In this document: one piece after another, positions 52,314 through 64,000 of the stretch | Numbering within the stretch: position 1 is the stretch's first letter | Layout: every line of letters starts with the position of its first letter | Assembly: GCA_028534125.1 (NCBI GenBank) | Contig: CM052816.1 | Coordinates: 10,108,001-10,172,000, forward strand | From: Lama glama | Lineage: Eukaryota | Direction of reading: 5' to 3' | Length of the DNA: 64,000 bases | Notes under the pieces: generated by a model | The model's database searches: none | Seen by the model: only the letters and a program-made list of their open reading frames with translations | Told to the model about the DNA's origin: nothing | Program-made: the position numbers and the translations under genes

Positions 52314-54215
52314 AAGAATATGTTTTAGAGAGAGAATATATGTGCATTGGTAAATACTGTGCTTGATATATAGGAAGATTTCAGTAGAATTATTACTGAA
52401 CAGTTTTTCAGTCTACGGCTCAGAATATGAAACCCTCCTCCCCCAAATTTAATGTTTTACATAAGGTGTAAGACTAGAGATTAGCTTAATAGCAGATATA
52501 AAGATGAGCCCTTTCCAAATTTTCTCCTCTTCCTCATGCATCCTCCCCCCAACGCCAGTTAACCGATCGTCTTGGTACATCCATAATTCTTACCAAATCT
52601 TCTTATAGAACATGTCTTCAGTGCTTCCTTATTTCCTCAGCCACATGACAAATCCTCTCTCATCTTTCAAAACTCCACTCAGCCGTCCCCTCTGTTAGAA
52701 GCCGTCCTAGTCCTCCCCAGGGAGTTGGATATCCCCCGAGGTACTCCAGTGGTGCTGGGTTTTTCTTCTCTGTTACAGTGCTCATTACAGCTTCAAGCCT
52801 GCAGGTCATTATTTACATGGCAGTCTTTCCCAGTGGGGAAAGTTGTAAAGAGGGTTCATAAGTCATACCTTTGAGGTTGGACTAGATGACTTGTACACCC
52901 ACCTCGGAGCATTCGAAATATAATAATAATAATGATGATCGTGATTAGCAGCTGTAGTAGTAGTCATCTGTCACGGTACATGGTGAGTAAGCAGATCGAG
53001 TATATATAATAATTATCTGTACAAAGTCTGTGATGACCTAGAATATTATAGGACAGCACTCCAGGGCTTTGGAATACCAAAGATTGCTTCCTATACAAAG
53101 AGAAATGACTGGCTCTCAGAATCTTCCTTGTGGGTCTGTGTGGAGACAAAACATTGGAGCCTTTGTGTTTGCTCTTCCTAACAAAGTTGTCTATAGAAAT
53201 CGTTTTTAAAATCTTAAAAGAGAAGTTGTAATTCCTAGTTTCTGTGCCAAGAGGTAAGTAGGAAGTCAAAGAAAATACTGGGGAAAAACATATTTCTCAG
53301 ATGTAAATTGTTTACATTTGAAATTATGTTAGATGCTATACTTCAGAGTTTAATATGGGGCAACAAGAATATTATGATTAACTCAATGGTAAATTACACC
53401 TCCTCTCGTAATAGTCTATATTTGGGGAGAACAACATTAAGATTTTGTAGGTTTAAGGGGTTCTTTTCTCTTGCCAATGAAAATGTTATGTTGGCTCCAT
53501 TCACTTACTTCAGCAAACATTTGACTTCTGAATATCTGCTGTCAGGCACAGTGCTAAGCACTGGGGGCAAAGTGGTAAACCAGAGAAATCTCTGACTCTG
53601 GACAGAAAGAGATAGAGATACTGAATGAGAGGAGTTAATTCCATAAGCATTGCAGTTAATTTCCCTAAGTCATCTGTCTGTACTCTTGAGTCTGAAAGAT
53701 ACTCATGGGAGAGGCTGGCAGGCAGTGAAGGTTTCCCTGAGAAAGGTGGGTTTGATAGAAAACAGTGCTTTGCCATCCACCAGCCCCAACCAGTGATTTC
53801 CAAAAAATGACTTATTCAAGCTCCAGTCTGATTGGCTACATATCCCTTCATGAGAAGGGGCCCGGCATACGTTTTGAAGGAGTTCGCTCCCATCCTATTG
53901 ATCTCCATCGTGGGATTTTATAGAGTGGACAGCTGTGCCATGACTCACTGTGCCTAATGGCTGGTTCTCTCTTCAGCAGAGAGTAGGGGGCGTTTTGGAG
54001 TCCAGAGCATCTCAGATTTAGGAACAAGGTCTCTATGTGTGAGTTAATTCCAGCTCTTCATGATGTGATGGTGAAAGCGTGGCTACATGTTCCAGCTTCA
54101 CTTCTAGCTTCAGCTGGTTGTCTACCCTTAATTTCTCTTGGCTCCTCCTTCCTCACTGAATTCTTCTTCACTTTTTTTCTCAGAAACATTATTTCATTCA
54201 GATTATAGAAATTAT

Positions 54216-54324
54216 TATTATTATTATTTATTTTTTTAGGGAGGTACTGAGGATTGAACCCAGGACCTCATATATGCTAAGCATGTGCTCTACCACTAAG
54301 CTATATACCTACTCCCCTCCCACC
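54216..54324 (-). mobile_element. Vic-1-like SINE (short-tail form)
   Basis: ggaggtactgaggattgaacccaggacctc...tctaccactaagctata. TSD cagattatagaaattat / cagactagagaaattat. Confidence 0.9.
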
Positions 54325-55692
54325 CAGACTAGAGAAATTATACAACAATTATTATAGAAGTCTTGGGTGTGGGAAAGAAAAGCCTTACTAAGTTTAAATT
54401 AATACCTCTTACCATCTGACACTCAAAACTATTGCTATCTGAACACCTAGCTTTCTGTGTGTGCGCATAGGTACTGTATACTTCATTTTAAATGTTGTGG
54501 AAGTCTATTTCCATAAAACGCTTGGAAATTGTTTTCAGATAACTTGTGGAGTACATTTTGAAAGTGGACGAATCCGTCAACCAATCAATAATAAACAGAT
54601 AGTATTTCTGCCCCTCACATGTGGTTTCCCTAAAAACACACGGGGGTGTCTCTGGTATAGCATCATGGCTGAGTTTATAGACTCTGCAGTAAGACTGTCC
54701 GTGTTATATTCTAACTTTGCTGTTTACTAACTAAGTGATATTGCACAACTCATTTTTCTTTTTTAGGTGCTTTTCCCCTTATCTATATACTTACGATGTT
54801 GTAGATTAAATGAGGAAATGAATATATATCATTTAGCACAGTGCCTGAGCTATACTAAGCACCCTGAAATTATTAGCTCTTGTTACCTGTGAGCGCATGT
54901 ATGACTCCTTTCATCAGAGTGAGTTCGTCGATGGCACCCACATTCTTCCAGTGTCCCGCACACAAGGACTGGGTGTCACCGTCAACCTTCCCGTCTCTCT
55001 CTCACTACTTCCCAGTGATCAGCACATGTGTGGATACTAGGTGCTCAATAAAGAGAAGATGTTGAGTGATGATGAAGAAAATGATGATGTGAGATGAATA
55101 AGAGTTGCTTTTGATTAGGAAAGGAAAAGGCACTTCTCCATCCTAATCCAAAATTCATCTCTCCATCTGAACATTGGTAATGGATTCCTATCTGGATCTC
55201 TAACCTCTGGTTTCTTTCTGTTTCATTCTGCCTGGCACATGAAGTCAAGATTAATCTTCCTTTTAAAAAAATTACACCATGCCTTATCTCTTAAAAATAT
55301 TTATCAGATTCTCAATAAGTTTTTAAAAAAGTGTAAAATCAGTATCCAGGCAGTCAAGACATTCATAATTTACCCTCCCCCCTTTTTTTCTAGCTCCGCA
55401 TCCATTGGTTCCCCAGAATGAACCTTCCACATTGGACATTGCAATCTGCAGTTTATTCCCCACACTTACCTTCCACTTGTCCTACCTTTCTGCCCTTCCT
55501 TAATCCCTCCTGTTCCTCCTTCATGTTCCAGCCTTAACCGTAAGGCCTTCTCCTTTGGTGAAGTCACTTATTTATTCTGAAATATTTATTCAGAATGTAC
55601 TTTGTGCCTGGCACGGCCCTGGGCACTGAGATTAAACAAGGAACCAGAGAGACATAGTCCTTGTCCTCGTGCTTCTGTTCTTTTGGTTCTCC

Positions 55693-55695
<3 letters not shown>

Positions 55696-55729
<34 letters not shown>
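55696..55729. repeat. (TG)n microsatellite
   Basis: About 17 units. Confidence 0.95.
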
Positions 55730-55731
<2 letters not shown>

Positions 55732-58700
55732 CCTCACTCCTCTGGCACATGGCATATGCAGCTTTGTTTGGCAGGTACATGTTGTATCATCTTCAACTCT
55801 CACATAACACCCGGCACATGATTATGGTTCAAGAGATAGCTATTGATCTGCTTTTTGCAATGATGATCCTATGACGTATGGCCACATGGTGGGGCTAGGT
55901 TGACTGCTTTTCATTGGTCAACCTCACAGTCTTGCTTCCAAGATCCCATCAATTGGAAAAAAATGTAGTTAAACATTAACCTCTGGGACAAAACTCAAAA
56001 CAGAATCCTAAATGATAATAAAATAATAATCTATATTATTCTGTAATTTATTTTACTCCAGGTAACATATTATAACATAGGGAAGATATTGATAGACAAT
56101 TTCTCTTTGGTAGTGTGAAATTAAATGCAATTCTTTATAATAGAGCCAAGTAATATATCCAAAAAGTAGTGTATTCAAACTTCATATGCTGTTACTCAGT
56201 TAATGATCTTTGTAAGTCTTAATAAAGAAGTTGTCCTGCCCCCCCCTTTTTTTAAGTAGCAGGTACACATTATTCACCCCCTATATATAGAAATTTCTGC
56301 TCATGTTTGACACTTTGCAAAGGTGCTTTTATGATTTTTTTTTTAATTCAAGGTCTTTGAAAGCAGTCACCAAGGAAACGATAGCGTAAGTTAGACGTGC
56401 TTCACTTACACCTAAAATGGAAGGGCTTGCTATCACGTATAAATACACTTCTCTGAAGCCCACTCCCTCCAGTGATCTGGGCATTTTTCTTGAATTTTAC
56501 ACACCGGTTTGTTTTTTATAACAGCGTACGCCTAGAGCAAGTGCCTGCTTCAGGCAGGGGCTCTGAAGCATATTTCTTCTCTGTCTGACCTTGAATACAC
56601 AAGCATCTCCTTCTGAATTGAAACTTCTCCCCCAGTCCAGTGAAGTTGGTCCCCCTCACTCTACAGTAGCTGTAAAATACTTTCAATCTAGAAAGAAAGG
56701 ACAGTAAGAATGTGTAGCTCTGGTGACTTACTTTGCTAAACCTACCCCTCTGAATGCCTTCTAAACCCAGACAAAAGCCTTGACTCAGTGCTGCGTGAAA
56801 TGACACCTGGGTTGTGGGGCACAGCAGCAAGGATCGTGAGACCTCCGAATATGGCTTAAATAAAAATGTATTTAAATTATTGTTGATTTAACTGTTACAC
56901 CAAGCTTTAATCTGTGCCTGAAAATCAAAACAGCCGCAAAGGTCTTCCGCAAAGTAAAAGAAATGTCCCATAATGAACTCTGTTGTAAATCATCTTTGTT
57001 GAAATTGTGAAATATGTTTCTCATTCTCAGTGTGTTTCTTGGATCTGGGCCAATGTTAATTAAATTGAACTTCATGGCGGTCATTGTGACAGGTACTCTG
57101 AGTACACAGATGAATGAGACAGCTTTCCCCTTAAGTGGGACTCATATAGTAAAGAGTAACTATAATGTAAATGAATCATGGCCACAGCCTCCTAACTGTT
57201 CTTCCTGCACCCGTGTTTACCCCGTTAGTCCATTCCATCCTCTGTTGCCAGAGGACTGTTACTAAAGCCAAAACGTAACCAAGGCATTCCCAGCTATGAA
57301 ACTCTGGTGACCACACATTGCTGGGGGGACGAAGTCCACATCCCTTAGCAGAGTTTATACATTTCTCTCCTAGCTGCTCTCTGCCTGCCTCTCCAAGCTC
57401 ATCTCTTGAAATTTTCCCATTTGTTCAAACTCTGGCCTATATTTTTATCCGGAGCATCATTTATATTCTTTTTTTTACCCCTGGACCTTCCTATTCAGCG
57501 CTCCTCCCTGGAAAGTTCTTTTTTCCTGCTCTAATCCTTAGCTGGCTGATTCTTTTTCATCTGACAGATCCTTGTTATATGTCACTTTTCCTAAGGAGTC
57601 TTTCCTGACCCACCCACATGCCTGTGGTTCCCATTTCCCATCACGTGTGCAGTTACCACGCTGGATGAAATTGCAGATTCTTCCACTGGGAAGGACAGGG
57701 ACCCTCTCTCTTGCTTAGCACAGACACCCCCCAACTCCAGAGGTTTCATATATATTGCAAATTGATGAATCAACAAACTAAGGAATGAGTGGCGAATATT
57801 ACAAGAAATGTCTTTAAAGTGAGAATGGAAACCCAGATGAGGGAATAATTTATTCCGCCCAGGAAATGGTGAGGAGGTGTGAAGGAAAGTGATATGAGAA
57901 GGCATTGGATCTGGCCTCTAAAAGATGAGTAGGAGGGAAAAGAGAAGCCAAACAAGGAACTGCATGAGCAAAGTTTGCAGAGTAGATTAGTTCTGGAGGA
58001 ATCCAACCTGCTTTGTATGGTAATTTAGGCATCACTTCTACCAAACCTTCCTGACAGCCCCCCTTAGAGAGGTTAGATGTCTCTTGTACGCGTGCTGAGA
58101 GCTCTCTTACTTACATTTCATGGAGTATATTTCTAATACAAAGATTTAAACCTGAGATCTAAAAAATAAATCCATCAGGAATAATCAACTTTGGTTCCAT
58201 TCATAAAGCATTCTTTCATATGAAAAATTGAACATGTTGACTAAATAATTTGTAATAATAAAATAATTGCTATTATGTGATATCAAAGGCAAGTCGGTGG
58301 AAGAATAGGAGAGGGAGAAACTAACATAAAATGCCATACTAGCTTGCCCCTGACAATGCTGAAAATTCATAGTTGCTACCATGTTGGATGTTAGCATTTG
58401 AGACTCATTTTCTTCCAAGAGGTGGGTAAAGGGTTAAAAGACTTTTGACCCCACAGCCCAACCACCACATTCCCTTTATACAGGGAAACTGGAACTCTGG
58501 AGTTGGGTGGGCTTAAATAGCAGCTCCCCTCCTTTGTATTCAATTGCTGTGTCAAGTTCATGGATGCCCAGGGAGACTTTTTTCCTGCATAAAGAAGGAT
58601 TTAACATGTCTCTGCAGGTCACCAGGAATAAAGTAAGTTTAATTCATTTGTTTCAAACACTGGCAACATCTGACTGTAGCATCATCTTTGGAAGAGGGAG

Positions 58701-59254
58701 AAGGGCTGAGAGAAGCTAGCAAGGCTTTGGTGGAGTGGGCATCGCCAAATGTTAATTATGGAGAAGTGTTGCAGAATTTAGCTTCATACACGTGCACTCT
58801 AGCTCTTTGATATTACAGTTGCTTTTCAAATCATAGCTCAGAGGCAACAGCCTTATTGGAAACTCTTAAGATTAATAACGACTTTATTCAGCTTATAGCT
58901 TAGGGCAGAACCAGCTACAAAGCCAAGACTCCTGGGAGTACTGACCCTGCCGATGCAGGTCTCATTTCGCCAAAAGCATAAGCATGAATTGCTTTAGTCT
59001 TTTCAGGGATCTCTATGCTTTTTCCGGTCCATCTTTTAATACAAAAGCATGATAAATCATTTCTTCTTCCATTAAAATCTCAGCTGGCTTTCTGTGGATA
59101 GTTTGGTCCTGGAAAAATAATAACAATGATAATAATAATAATTTTTAATCATATACACACTTTAGTTCATTTTTTTCCTTGCACGAGCTCAGTGAAGTAA
59201 ATATATCCCTTTTTCCATTTTACAGTAAGGGAACAGATGTTTAGCGAGTTTACT

Positions 59255-59509
59255 TATTTATTTGTTTTTATTGATGGTTAGTTGATTTATAACATTGTAT
59301 TAGTGTCTGGTGTACAACATAGTGATTCAGTTATATGTGTATATATTCTTTTTTATTATAGGTGATTACAAAATACTGAATGTAGTTCCCTGTGCTATAT
59401 GTTAGGACCTTGTTGTTTATCTGTTTTACATACAGTAGTTTGTATCTGCTAAGCCCTGACTCCTAATTTATCCCTCCTCCTCCCTTTCCCCTTTGGTAAC
59501 CATAAGTTT
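59255..59509 (-). mobile_element. L1 3' end inserted in a MIR
   Basis: gttgatttataacattgtattagtgtctggtgtacaacatagtgattcag...cccctttggtaaccataagttt. Confidence 0.85.
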
Positions 59510-59709
59510 AATTAATTTATCAAGTATATACAGCTAGGAAGTTTGATTCAAACCAATTTTTTTCGATTTCATCTCCTAAACTAACCACTACATTCCATGA
59601 TTCTTTTCTTTAAGCCCCCAGCTGATGTTTTTATGCCTCTGTCATCTCTTTAGCCTACTCACAGCCAGTGCTGAATCCTGCCCTTTCTTCAAATAAGTGT
59701 TCTCATAGC

Positions 59710-59950
59710 TAAGAAGCTTTGGAGACTGACAGATGTGTATTTGAGTTGTGGCTCTGCCGTTTCAAAGCTGTGTACCTTTTTTCCAGTTAATTAACTTCTC
59801 TGAGTTTCAGTTTTCTTATCTAAAAAAATAATAAGAGTACATATCTGAAGGGGTTGATTGGGGTAGTTCATTGCGATAAGTTTGTGTACTTGAAGTCAGT
59901 GTTCCTAGCACAGAGCCTGGCCCAGAATAAGAACTCAGTGAAGCAGGTAG
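59710..59950 (+). mobile_element. MIR SINE
   Basis: ttaacttctctgagtttcagttttcttatctaaa...ctagcacagagcctggcccag. Confidence 0.75.
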
Positions 59951-61189
59951 CATCATTCAGGCTGAGCTCATGTGCCACCTTCTCTGTTGGCTTCATGGTC
60001 TCAGTCCTTTCTAAAGCTCCTCCCACAGCATTTACCAACTATATTATTCACTGCTTCCTAGAATTTCTTTTTTACAGATGTTTGTTTCCTCTTGCAGGGT
60101 AGGAAGTAGGAACGATGCTCACAGTTTTTAACATCTACAAAAAACCAAGAACATTGCCCAATAAATAGTGGTTATATTTTCTTGACCAAATATGTGGCCA
60201 CATTTCTGATAAAGAATTGCGTGGTATATTAGGATACCAGGGGCAGTAGAAAGTTAGATGGACATCATATTAGGATTTCTAGGGTATTTTTACTCTCTTG
60301 GGCAGACTATGCAACCAAGGGTGTAACCTAAGATCTAAAGAGTAGATTCATCATATTTAAATACTGATGAATTTATTTAATAAATGTTTCTGATTTCTTG
60401 ATTTTAATCTTGAAGTGTGTGTGTCTTTAAAAAAGAATAATGCTGAATGGAAATGTTTAAACCTGGACATTCTGTTGTAAAAAATAGATGCTCAGGTTCC
60501 TGACACTCTGAAAGACATAAAAGGGCTACAGCTGGGAACAGATGATTCCAAGATTACTTCAAACGCAGCATCCTACTTCTGGTCTCCAGAAGTGATACCC
60601 AGGGAGAAATCACGGTGGGGAAGAAAAGAAACTTCGTCTGCTCGTGTTAACGTCACTCCCCACTCTCTGCAGTTTCTCTCTCAGGGGTTTTGTGCCAATG
60701 CCTAGATGAGTCTTAGAGAACCAAGAATAAGAATGGCTTTTTAATATTTGAGGTCTTCCACAGCGTGACACTTGAATTGTCATGATTTTTGTGTATCCCC
60801 TGTCATTCTTACTCAATTTAAGCACCCTGAGGACAGCACCTATAGGCTTTTGTGTCTCCACCACCTTAGCCAGTAGTCAGAATTGAAAGTACTCAATAAA
60901 TTGTGCTCTCATGTGTCCTGAGCTGTGTGAGAGTATCCCTTACATTTTTTGTATAATTGTCAAACAATCCAATGCCATAGTTCTATATATTTCCATTCCT
61001 CTCACACCCATTTTAGAGATGAGGAATATTGAGACCTAGAGAACTAATGATTTATCCAAGATCTGTATTGCATCTACTAACTACATAGGTAGAATTTAAA
61101 CTCACGTCTGTCTGACTTTATACTCTTTTTTTTTTCCTTTTTTTCTTTTTTAATTGAAGTGTAGTCGGTTTCCATAGCCCATACTCTTA

Positions 61190-61330
61190 GTCAGGAGTTG
61201 TCAAAGATGCCTGTGCATGAGAATCACCCAGCAACTACTATATCAGAATCTCCAGAATGGAGCTCCAACCACTAAAGCTCCTGAGTAGACTTTTAACACA
61301 ACCAGACCAAAGATTTGGGGAGCTCTACTC
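61190..61330. mobile_element. MER5-like DNA transposon fragment
   Basis: gcatgagaatcaccc...tatcagaatctcc...agatttggggagctctact. Confidence 0.55.
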
Positions 61331-61369
61331 TCAACACTACACTGTATGTCCTTCTCAGTAAATGTCTAT

Positions 61370-61395
61370 TGAATGAATGAATGAATGAATGAATG
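61370..61395. repeat. (GAAT)n repeat, probably an L2 tail
   Basis: ctcagtaaatgtctattgaatgaatgaatgaatg. Confidence 0.8.
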
Positions 61396-61902
61396 ATGGC
61401 TATAACTCTTCCATTGGTAATATATTCCTGCATTAAGGTTGGCTCTCAAGCAGTGATCCTCAGCCTTGGTGGCTGTGGGAGGTACCTGATTAAGGACACA
61501 GTAGGACCAGAAGGATATGCTAAAAGTCACACCTTTAGTGCCTCACCGCTTTGCCGGGGGCTAGCATTGCCATCAGGGCAGCTAAGAGCTGGAAACCTAG
61601 CCCTCGCTTAAAATTCCTTCAAGTGTTTTAAGTTGTGAAGCTCCCTTCTCCTCTCTTCACCCTCAGGATTGGCCCTCAGTTAAATAAGGCTTATGTCCCT
61701 CCTCCAGATCGTCTGCTACATCAGACATTATCAGTGATGAGGCCTCTGAGGGTGGCCCAGAAACATTCTATCTGCATGCAGTGATACCTTCAAGCACTCC
61801 TTCATGCTCTGGAGCACCCTCCTGAAAGGGGTGGTGTCTCTCTGCATGGCTGGCAGCTTCTCTGGAAGGTTGACCTCAAACTGCTTTAGCAAAAGCAGCA
61901 CA

Positions 61903-62342
61903 AGTGTGCCTCAACTGATGAATGGAGAAAAAAAAATTCAGTTTTATCTCCCCAATGGACTATTATTCAGCAATAAAAAGAAATGAAATACTGATACATG
62001 CTATAGTAAGGATGAACTTTAGAAATACTATTCTAAAGTGGAAGAAGCCAGTTACCAAAAAAAAAAATCCACATATTGTATAATTCCATTTACACCAAAT
62101 ATCCAGAAGAGACTAATCTATAGAGACAAAGAGTAGATGAGTGATTGCCTGGGCTGGGTAAGTTTGGTGGGGGATAGGAAATGACTGCTAATAGGTATGG
62201 GTTTTCTCTTCGGCATGATGAAAGGTTCTGAAACTGATTGGGGTAATGGTTGTGCAATGTTGTGAATATGCTAAAAACCACTGAATTATACACTTTATAA
62301 GTATGAATTTTATGCTATGTGAATTATATTTCAACAAAGCTG
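61903..62342 (+). mobile_element. L1MB-like 3' end
   Basis: gactattattcagcaataaaaagaaatgaaatactgatacatgc...ttgtgaatatgctaaaaaccactgaattatacacttt...caacaaagctg. Confidence 0.85.
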
Positions 62343-62989
62343 TCCACAAAGGGAGGGTTGGTGGGCAGCACAAGGCAGAAGAAGCATTTCGGTGAAATTA
62401 TGTATGAGAATTCGTGCGATCACCAGACAGCCATCACAAATGGGAAAGACTCTGGAAGATTGCCTTCCAGCAGAGGCGTATATAGGACCATACTTATAAG
62501 CAGCTGGTTACCTTAAGGTATCTATAAATTGATTCTATCCTTAACTTCCTATGATGCTTTTTTCCTCTCCTGAGCACGTTACTAATTTATTAATCCTATT
62601 CTTTTTTTCCAGCCTTATGGGACTAAGTTCACAGTAATTCCCAGGCTGAAAATACACGAAGTCAGGCACATATTTTGTATTTTTTGGAAAGGATTATAAA
62701 GTAAAATGTAAAACACGGCTGTTGCTTTGCATATTTTTGCTGCAAGCAACTTCAGAGAGCTGGTATTCGTTATTTACAATGGGAGAGAAGAATTTAATAA
62801 TACTGAAAAGTAGGACATGATTCTATCAAAGCCTCCACGTATCAGAGTTGCCACCTCCTTTTTCATCCCCGGGGCCGTGGCCTCTCCGACCGTTGAAGCA
62901 GACTCACGGATTGCCTGCCTCCAGTCTTTCCCTACTTAATAACTCAGCCTCTGTCAAGCTGCCAGAGTTACCTTTCTAAAATGCAGTAT

Positions 62990-63220
62990 AAGGCAGGGCA
63001 GCCCGGGGTGTACAGCTTGGCTCTCAGTTTCAAACCCTTGGATTTGAATCTGAGCCTCAGCACCTATCCACTCAGTCACCTTAGGCAAGTTACCTAATCT
63101 TTCTGTGAATCATTGTATGTCCTCTGGTTTTTTAGTGAAGATTAGATGAGAGCTGTATGTTAAGCTCTGAATCCAGTGACGGGCTTGTGGCAGTCGGTCA
63201 CTGTAAGCTTTTATTATTAT
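62990..63220 (+). mobile_element. MIR SINE
   Basis: ggatttgaatctgagcctcagcacc...accttaggcaagttacctaatc. Confidence 0.7.
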
Positions 63221-63499
63221 TACACTTAGATCCAAGTGCTGCCATGTTTCTCCATTTCTCCCATAATGAAATTGAGTTGTTATGAATTAAATTTAATTAT
63301 CGATCATGGTGGAACCTGGGAAATCTAACCCCGGGTCTGTCTTCTCCCGTTCACAACCTTCTCTACATGCATCAATGTGTGGCTCCAAGTTTTTCTCCAG
63401 CTCCTTCCTCTGCCATTTGCTTCACTCAAGAGGACAACATGGTTAGGAAGTGACTCAGGCTTTTCCCAGAGCTTTTCCATCTTTCCCCTATGCTGTGAC

Positions 63500-63940
63500 A
63501 GCATCAGAGGAGTTTAAGAGAAGTTGACCACACTGAGTCATATTTTATAGGTAAAACAAATAGGACTTCTTAGTGGACCAGATAAGAGAAATAAAGGATT
63601 GAGAAAAAAAAAAGAAAGAGTGACTTTTAAGCTTAGATCTGGAACAACTGGGCATGTGCTGGTGCCACTTACTAATATGGGAAAACCTGGGGAAGGCAGG
63701 GTTTTTGAGGGACTAGTAAAAAAGACATGTGCATTAGCTATGCTAGGTTTGAGGTGCCAATCAGATATCCAAGTGGATTTGGTAAAGAAACAGTTGAATG
63801 TATGAGACGGGTCTGGGAAATGGTCAGGGCTATGGATATAAAACTGGGAGTCACAACCCTGTAGGTGGGGCAGTAGAGATAACCTGGAAGAAGCCCTGGG
63901 GACCAGCAACATCTGGAGATTGACCAGAGGAAGAGAAACC
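63500..63940 (-). mobile_element. L2 fragment
   Basis: ggtttgaggtgccaatcagatatccaagtgga...cagttgaatgtatgagac...gggctatggatataaaactgggagtc. Confidence 0.75.
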
Positions 63941-64000
63941 TGTTAACCGTATACGTGAGAGTTTACTCACCCAGAACCCGCTCGGAGTTGAAGTGCTGTC

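Noticed and set aside
1..64000. CRISPR array, operon or novel multi-gene system
   Set aside because: The sequence is repeat-rich mammalian non-coding DNA with no regularly spaced repeats, long ORFs or gene clusters.

Overview
This is mammalian, AT-rich, essentially non-coding DNA (intronic or intergenic) with two 500-N assembly gaps. The repeat content points to a camelid genome (alpaca or camel). It carries seven tRNA-derived Vic-1-like SINEs and young L1 3' ends with target-site duplications (TSDs), layered on ancient MIR, L2, L1M, MLT1 LTR and hAT (MER5/MER58) relics. Repeat family names come from recalled consensus sequences, not from a database search. No ORF in the supplied track looks like a real protein, and I can confidently call no coding gene. 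A few splice-site-bounded candidate exons are offered only as hypotheses. I found no evidence for a novel multi-gene system. The best-supported curiosities are retrotransposition footprints: a tailless 5'-half tRNA-Cys retropseudogene with a 15-bp TSD, a twin-primed (inverted) L1 with a possible micro 3' transduction, two ~40-bp L1 insertions truncated at nearly the same point, and an unassigned CpG-rich poly(A)-tailed insert.
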